From Planctomycetota bacterium (GTDB taxonomy: Bacteria; Planctomycetota; UBA11346), in contig JBBRLJ010000005.1 in NCBI GenBank assembly GCA_038231435.1, positions 69,900 to 133,899 on the forward strand: a stretch of DNA of 64,000 nucleotides, written 5' to 3'. Position numbers and translations under genes: made by a program. The notes under the pieces were generated by a model. The model worked only from the letters and a program-made list of their open reading frames with translations. It did not search any database and was not told the DNA's origin. Positions 58,868 to 64,000 of this stretch are shown here, piece by piece (within the stretch, counting starts at the first letter, position 1; the number at the start of each line of letters is the position of its first letter).

Positions 58868-61800
58868 ATGCGCCTCGCCGAGCACGTCTTCTCGCCATGG
58901 TCCTCGCCGTGGTCCTTGCCCTGGCCGGTGCTCGCAAGCGCGGCACTGATGCTCATGGGCTCCGCCGCATCTGTACGTGCTGTCGAGGGCCCGGGTCAGC
59001 TCGAGGCGCGGTTCGCGGCGGTGAAAGGCCTCGTCGACCACGATTGCCGCCTTCCCGCAGAACGCACCTACGCCGACTTCACCGCGGAGCACCTCACCGG
59101 CGCGCAGTGGTACGAGAAAGGCCTCGCATACTACATCGCCGAGCGTTTCCGCGCGACCTTACCGGTCGACCAGGCCGCGGTGTACGAGCGGCGTTACCGC
59201 GAGCTCAAGGCCGAGCTCGATGCCGCCGATCGCGCCGGATCCCTGCCTCCGTCAGTGCACGCGCTCCTGCCCGGCAGCGACGCGACCGCAGGCCTCGCCA
59301 ACGCACTCTTGCGCACGCTGAATCCGTATTCTCCGCCACCGCTCGCACCGCTGAGCGCGAGCGACAGGCAGGTCGCGTCGGTCATCGCGGCGCGACTCTG
59401 CGAGCGCGCTCTCGCCGATATCTCCGCCGCGCGCGACCGCGCGTTGGCGTGCGTCATCGTCGAATCCCCGCCCGCGCGCGCCGAGGCCTCGCGCCGCGAG
59501 GCGGCGATGGCTCGCGGCGCGGCGGTGGAGATCCTCTATCGCGCCTGGCTCGCGCTGGGCGAACTGGCGTGGCGTGGCCCCGAGTTCGGGCTCGACCCCG
59601 ACCCCGCCAGGGCCTTCTTGGCCGAGGCGATGCGGCGCCACGGAGCCGAAATGGCCGAGTGGGATTACCAGTTCGACGACTACCTGCCTATGCACGTGCA
59701 GGCCAACGTGCTGTTCCTCGAGGCCGCGCGGCTCCCGCGGCTCCCGCAGCTCTCTCAGCAGAAGGCCGGGCCGCTGTCGCGCGCCGAGGTCGAGGAGGCC
59801 CTCGCGCAGGTGGCGGGCATGAAACCGGGTTCGATCGGAGCCACCGGCGAACCGGGCATGCGCGACGAGCAGGCGCGCCTGCAGCTGGCCGCCTGGGCCT
59901 GCCTGCTGCGCGCGGGCCTGGACCACGACGTGGCGCACGGCATCGAGGTGTGGCGCGCATTGGAGCAGCGCGAACGCAGCGATCCCGCGCTGCGGCTCGA
60001 CGGCCCTCTGGCCAAGCCGCTCGGTTATGCACATCTCCTCGGCGCGCAGCTGCTGCGTTCCAATGGAGACCTGCCGGAAGCGGTCGCGGTGATGTCGGCG
60101 CTGGCCAACGCCAAGCCGCCCCATCCGCTCGCGGCCAATGCCCGTGAATGGGTACGCGCCTGGACGGTCACGCATGGAGAGGTGCCCGCGACGTTGGATC
60201 CAGGACAGGCGTTGGAGTTGTCGCGCGCATTCCTCGCGCGCATCGCCAGCTGTGATGCGAACGAGGCTCGCGCCGCGCGCGCCACGGCGATCCTCGTGCT
60301 CTCGGCGGGGATCAAAGGTCTCGAGCCCGAGACCGGAAAGCCCTTCATCGAGCTGGCTCCGCGGCTGTGGCTTGCCTATGCCGAGGCCATCGACCGCCAG
60401 GAGACGCGCCTGCGCGCGACGGTCGCCGCTACCGAGGGTGCCGTCGCCTGCGCTGCCCGCATCACCGCAAAGGACAATCCGTACCGTAACACCGATGGCG
60501 CCTGGACCGCTGGTGGCGAAGCGCTGCGACAGCTCGCCAAGACCGCCGTCGCCTTCAGCGCCGGCGTCTACGCGGCTGACCGCGTGCCGGCGATGCGCCG
60601 CCTGTACGAGCGCGCCCTGACGGCGCAGCAGGCCATCTGCCCGCTGGACGCTGGACAAGAGCAGCGCCGCGGGTCGGTGATCGTGCACCTGGACGCTGGC
60701 GAGTGGGATGCCGCGGCCGCGGCCGCGCACGATCTCGCGAACCGTGATCCGGAGCAGGTCGGTTGGGCCGCTGACGCCGAACTCGAGGCGCGCAGGCGCT
60801 CGCTCGAGGATCTTCGCGGCCGACCTGGCGAGCAGGGGCCGGACTTCGCGCGCTGCGCGTCCGAACTCGAAGCGCTCGCCCAGGCGCGACTCGACGCTGG
60901 GCTGGCGGCCAAGCAGCCGTCCGCCGCGACCATCGAAGGCGCCATCGCCGCGCTGTGGTCGTCGGCGCGTGGGCGGCAGCGCACTGGCGCCGTGCTGGGC
61001 CGCATGGACGACAGGCTGTGGTCGGCGCTCTCCGGCGACGATGCGCCCGCGCAGCGCGCCCGCGTGCACGCGCTGGTGATCGCGAGCGAGGCCGCAGCCG
61101 AGCGCGCCGCGGGCGCCGCCGACAGCGATTGGCCGGCGCTGGCGGCTACCGCCGGCCTTTTCGTGGTCCGATCGTCCGGGCTGCCCGAGCAGCCGCTGCG
61201 CAATGCGCGCACGCGCCTGGCGTCTGCCTGCAAACCCTTCCTGGCCTCGACGTCCGACGCGCTGCGCGGCGACGCGCAGCGGATGTTCTGCCAGCTCATG
61301 GAACCGCTGCTCTCGCCGGCCTCGGGAGCGCCGCTCATCGCCGCCACCGCGTCAATGCTGTGGGACCAGGGCGAACGTCTGCGCGCGGCGCGGCTGTACC
61401 GGGATCTCGACCAGGCGCTCGGCGAGGATCGCCTGTTTGCGGCGTATCGCCGCGATCCAGCCGCGGCGATCGAGGTCATCGGCGAGCACCTGGCCAGCCG
61501 CCCTGAGACCAAGGCGGACTGGGTGATGGCGAGGGATCTGCTCGTCGACTCCCAGGCGCTGGCCGATGCGGTGCGCCAAGGCGTTGAACGCGTCCAGTGG
61601 CCAGAACGGCCGGTGGACCCGGCGCAGGCCCGGGCTCGCCTGTCTACGATCGCCGCGACGGTGTCGCGCCTGCGCACCGTGATCGGCGAGGAGCGCCATG
61701 CGGCGATGCTCGAGGCGATCACCGACGCGCAGCGGCTCTCGCGGCTCATCGACATGGCGGAGGACTCGGAGGCGCGCCAGGCGCGCCAACTGCTGGATGC

Positions 61801-62425
61801 CGGCGATTTCGCGAATGGGATCGCTCGCGCAAACCGGCTCTACCAACGCCAGCCGTGGGTCCCTGGCCATGCCGCGCTCTACGTCGACGGCGTCATACAT
61901 GGCGCGCGACAGGGCTTTGTCGCCGACGAGGATCTGCGTCGGGCACGCATGCTCGCCGCGACCATCCGTGATCAGAGCCGCGATGAGATCCGAGACGATC
62001 CCGCGATGTATTGGACCGCCTACATCCAGGTGCTGGAGTTGTCGCGGGCGTTACGTGACGGCGGGGTGATCGAACGCGCCGTGCGCTTCGCGGCGGTGAC
62101 GGGCGCGGGGCCGTGGGACGATCTGGCCGCGCCTGCGGTCACGGGTGACGCGGCGGGCGTTCGACGGCTCGGCGACCCGACCGCGATCGATCTGTGCGCG
62201 CGCTACCTGGCCATCTGCGCCGATGTCGCGGGCGCCGTCACGCGGGACCTGCGACGCGTGGTCGTCGATCGTGGGGCGCAGGTGCTGGTCGTCGCGGTCG
62301 GCACGCCCGCGCTGACCGCGCAAGCCGATGCCGCGGCTCCTGGCGGGGCGGTCATCATCATCGGCCCTGCGTCCGGCGCTGCGTCCGGCGCAGCATCCGG
62401 CGTCAGCCCAGCGGCAGCGCCATGA
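58868..62425 (+). CDS. Large secreted alpha-helical (TPR-like) hypothetical protein
   Basis: About 1185 aa, Ala/Arg-rich helices, N-terminal signal-like segment; no catalytic motif seen. Confidence 0.7.
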   Translation: MRLAEHVFSPWSSPWSLPWPVLASAALMLMGSAASVRAVEGPGQLEARFAAVKGLVDHDCRLPAERTYADFTAEHLTGAQWYEKGLAYYIAERFRATLPVDQAAVYERRYRELKAELDAADRAGSLPPSVHALLPGSDATAGLANALLRTLNPYSPPPLAPLSASDRQVASVIAARLCERALADISAARDRALACVIVESPPARAEASRREAAMARGAAVEILYRAWLALGELAWRGPEFGLDPDPARAFLAEAMRRHGAEMAEWDYQFDDYLPMHVQANVLFLEAARLPRLPQLSQQKAGPLSRAEVEEALAQVAGMKPGSIGATGEPGMRDEQARLQLAAWACLLRAGLDHDVAHGIEVWRALEQRERSDPALRLDGPLAKPLGYAHLLGAQLLRSNGDLPEAVAVMSALANAKPPHPLAANAREWVRAWTVTHGEVPATLDPGQALELSRAFLARIASCDANEARAARATAILVLSAGIKGLEPETGKPFIELAPRLWLAYAEAIDRQETRLRATVAATEGAVACAARITAKDNPYRNTDGAWTAGGEALRQLAKTAVAFSAGVYAADRVPAMRRLYERALTAQQAICPLDAGQEQRRGSVIVHLDAGEWDAAAAAAHDLANRDPEQVGWAADAELEARRRSLEDLRGRPGEQGPDFARCASELEALAQARLDAGLAAKQPSAATIEGAIAALWSSARGRQRTGAVLGRMDDRLWSALSGDDAPAQRARVHALVIASEAAAERAAGAADSDWPALAATAGLFVVRSSGLPEQPLRNARTRLASACKPFLASTSDALRGDAQRMFCQLMEPLLSPASGAPLIAATASMLWDQGERLRAARLYRDLDQALGEDRLFAAYRRDPAAAIEVIGEHLASRPETKADWVMARDLLVDSQALADAVRQGVERVQWPERPVDPAQARARLSTIAATVSRLRTVIGEERHAAMLEAITDAQRLSRLIDMAEDSEARQARQLLDAGDFANGIARANRLYQRQPWVPGHAALYVDGVIHGARQGFVADEDLRRARMLAATIRDQSRDEIRDDPAMYWTAYIQVLELSRALRDGGVIERAVRFAAVTGAGPWDDLAAPAVTGDAAGVRRLGDPTAIDLCARYLAICADVAGAVTRDLRRVVVDRGAQVLVVAVGTPALTAQADAAAPGGAVIIIGPASGAASGAASGVSPAAAP

Positions 62426-62930
62426 CGTGGTCGTCCATGGCGAATCCGCCGCCGATGTCGACACGGACGGACTCCCTGATCGAGAAGCCGAGCCGTTCAT
62501 AGGCGGTGATCGCGCCGGTGTTCGCGCGGTTGACGGTGAGCGATAGCGTTGTCGATCCGGCCGCGCGCGCGAACGCGCAGACACGCGCGATGAGCGCCGT
62601 GGCCACACCGCCGCGGCGATGATCCTTCAGAACGTAGAGTTTGTGCAGCCGGGTTTCGCGCGAGGCATGCGCCAGCGCCCGTGCTTCCACCGCTCCGTAC
62701 GCGGCAAAGGCGATGGGCGGAGTCACGCCGTCACGCGCCGTGCCGCCAGGCCATGCGAGATCGAAACGGATGCCCGCGGCGAGCTGGCGCGCCAGCTCGC
62801 CATGGTCGTACATGCGCGAGAGCATGTACTCGATCTGTTCGCGGGAGATGATTCCGGGATAGTGCTCGCGCCAGATCTCCTGGGCGAGCGCCGCGATCGT
62901 CGGCAGGTCGGTGGTCCCTGCCGGCGTCAC
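62403..62930 (-). CDS. GNAT family N-acetyltransferase
   Basis: LHKLYVLKDHRRGGVA, LTVNRANTGAITAYERLGF, MDDHVM. Confidence 0.9.
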   Translation of the reverse strand: MTPAGTTDLPTIAALAQEIWREHYPGIISREQIEYMLSRMYDHGELARQLAAGIRFDLAWPGGTARDGVTPPIAFAAYGAVEARALAHASRETRLHKLYVLKDHRRGGVATALIARVCAFARAAGSTTLSLTVNRANTGAITAYERLGFSIRESVRVDIGGGFAMDDHVMALPLG

Positions 62931-62953
62931 CCTCGGCGCGATGCGAGCCTCGC

Positions 62954-63484
62954 TCAGGCCGAGGCTGCCTTGGCCGCCTTCGCGGGCTTCTTCGGCTTGG
63001 CGGCCTTGCCATGCCAGCAGTCGGAGGTGGTGAGGTGGCTGGCGCCGCTCGCCTTGGCGTACAGGAACAGCTGCATGCGGTAAGCGACCATCGGCATCAG
63101 CACCATCGTCACCATGCCCTCGCCGAGGGTGCAGCTGATGCCCGACCAGGTCTTGATCTTCTTCTTCTGCAACTTGGCGTCGGTGTACGGCTTGAGCGCG
63201 GAGGCGATGGCCTTGGCCTGACGGTCGAGCGCCTTGGCGATGTCGCCGGGCTGCATGAGCTTCGCTTGGGCGTCGAGCTTCTCCCAGGCTTCCCAGCCGC
63301 CAGTGGCGGCGTAGGCGGCGGCGCCGGCCCCGCCGATCGCCAGGTAACGCAGCAGCTCGAGGGTCGAGCGCTGGGCAGGGGTGGGGCGGTAGTCGTAGGT
63401 GTTGGCGGGAATCTGCGTGGCCAGGTGCTTGATCACCTTGGTCTCGAGCTTGATGGCGTTCAGGAAAGCGGCTTTGGTGTACAT
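62954..63484 (-). CDS. DinB/YfiT-like four-helix-bundle protein
   Basis: DYRPTPAQRSTLELLRYL and YRMQLFLYAK pattern; GAGG upstream of ATG 63484. Confidence 0.65.
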   Translation of the reverse strand: MYTKAAFLNAIKLETKVIKHLATQIPANTYDYRPTPAQRSTLELLRYLAIGGAGAAAYAATGGWEAWEKLDAQAKLMQPGDIAKALDRQAKAIASALKPYTDAKLQKKKIKTWSGISCTLGEGMVTMVLMPMVAYRMQLFLYAKASGASHLTTSDCWHGKAAKPKKPAKAAKAASA

Positions 63485-63533
63485 GGGTGTCCTCGGGACC
63501 GTGGACTGTCGCCGCGATCCCGCGAAGTCAATT

Positions 63534-63796
63534 AACCGGGGGCTCCGCCCCCAGACCCCCACGGCCTTTGTCGTCCTTCTTTTTGTCCGCCGGGCGGCCA
63601 AAAAGTTTGCGTGATGGGCTACGCCCATTATTCACGCAAACCAGGACTCGGCGGCCGGTGGCTGCTCTTTTAAACCGGGGGCTCCGCCCCCAGACCCCCA
63701 CGGCCTTTGTCGCCCTTCTTTCTGGCCGCCGGGCGGCCAGAAAGTTTGCGTGATGGGCTGCGCCCATTATTCACGCAAACCAGGACTCGGCGGCCG
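63534..63796. repeat. Two 124-bp direct repeats (period 139) of a multi-hairpin REP/MITE-like unit
   Basis: 63534-63657 and 63673-63796 are near-identical; each has GGGGGCTCCGCCCCC, a 13-bp inverted repeat and a GTTTGCGTGA...TCACGCAAAC stem. Confidence 0.9.
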
Positions 63797-64000
63797 ATCG
63801 CTTCGCTCCGGCTGGATCGGGGGCTTTGCCCCCGGCCCCCCGCCCTTAGTCCTCCTTCAACCGGGGGCCCCATCGCTCCGCGATGGGGCGGGCGCCGAGC
63901 GGGGGTCGGCGGATACAAAGGGCGAAGCCCATCCGCCGGCGATGTGGCCGGCCACCCGCGCCAACGAACCGCGACAAAACCCGGGGGGGGGGCCCGCCGG

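Noticed and set aside
62368..62402. Short in-frame repeats (ASGA here; GSK at ~10860; DIV at ~32630)
   Set aside because: Low-complexity protein tails with no sign of separate function
63534..63796. Possible CRISPR array
   Set aside because: Only two 124-bp units with a 15-bp gap; wrong geometry and no cas genes
63399..63918. Short ORFs over the terminal repeat
   Set aside because: Translations of the palindromic repeat; no RBS or protein-like features

Overview
High-GC bacterial chromosomal window, probably from a Planctomycetota/PVC-type organism. This is inferred from a planctomycete-type cytochrome c, a GYF_2-PrsW protein, a membrane Ser/Thr kinase and large secreted helical proteins. 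Core content in order: an assimilatory nitrate/nitrite cluster (partial nirB, nirD, narK, and a nitrate reductase fused to an FAD/NADH module), an RND efflux pair, two lipoproteins, signalling genes, fsr, an arsR-aquaporin-arsC operon, cbpA-cbpM, an IclR/FAD-oxidoreductase/rhamnosidase block and a complete 14-gene nuoA-N operon. After nuoN come a hotdog-fold/acyltransferase lipid-tailoring cluster, a stand-alone LigD phosphoesterase, a DksA/TraR-like gene and a terminal structured tandem repeat. I saw no rRNA, tRNA, CRISPR array, transposase or phage gene. The most unusual items are: (1) an XRE-like HTH + acidic + eight-AT-hook (HMGA-like) protein between cbpA/cbpM and a strongly AT-rich tract; (2) a complex I with an FN3-like NuoE extension and an enlarged NuoH; (3) a 124-bp multi-hairpin tandem repeat with a compensatory base-pair change; (4) an aryl-polyene-like tailoring cluster with no ketosynthase or ACP. 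All calls come from reading motifs by eye; no database searches were run.
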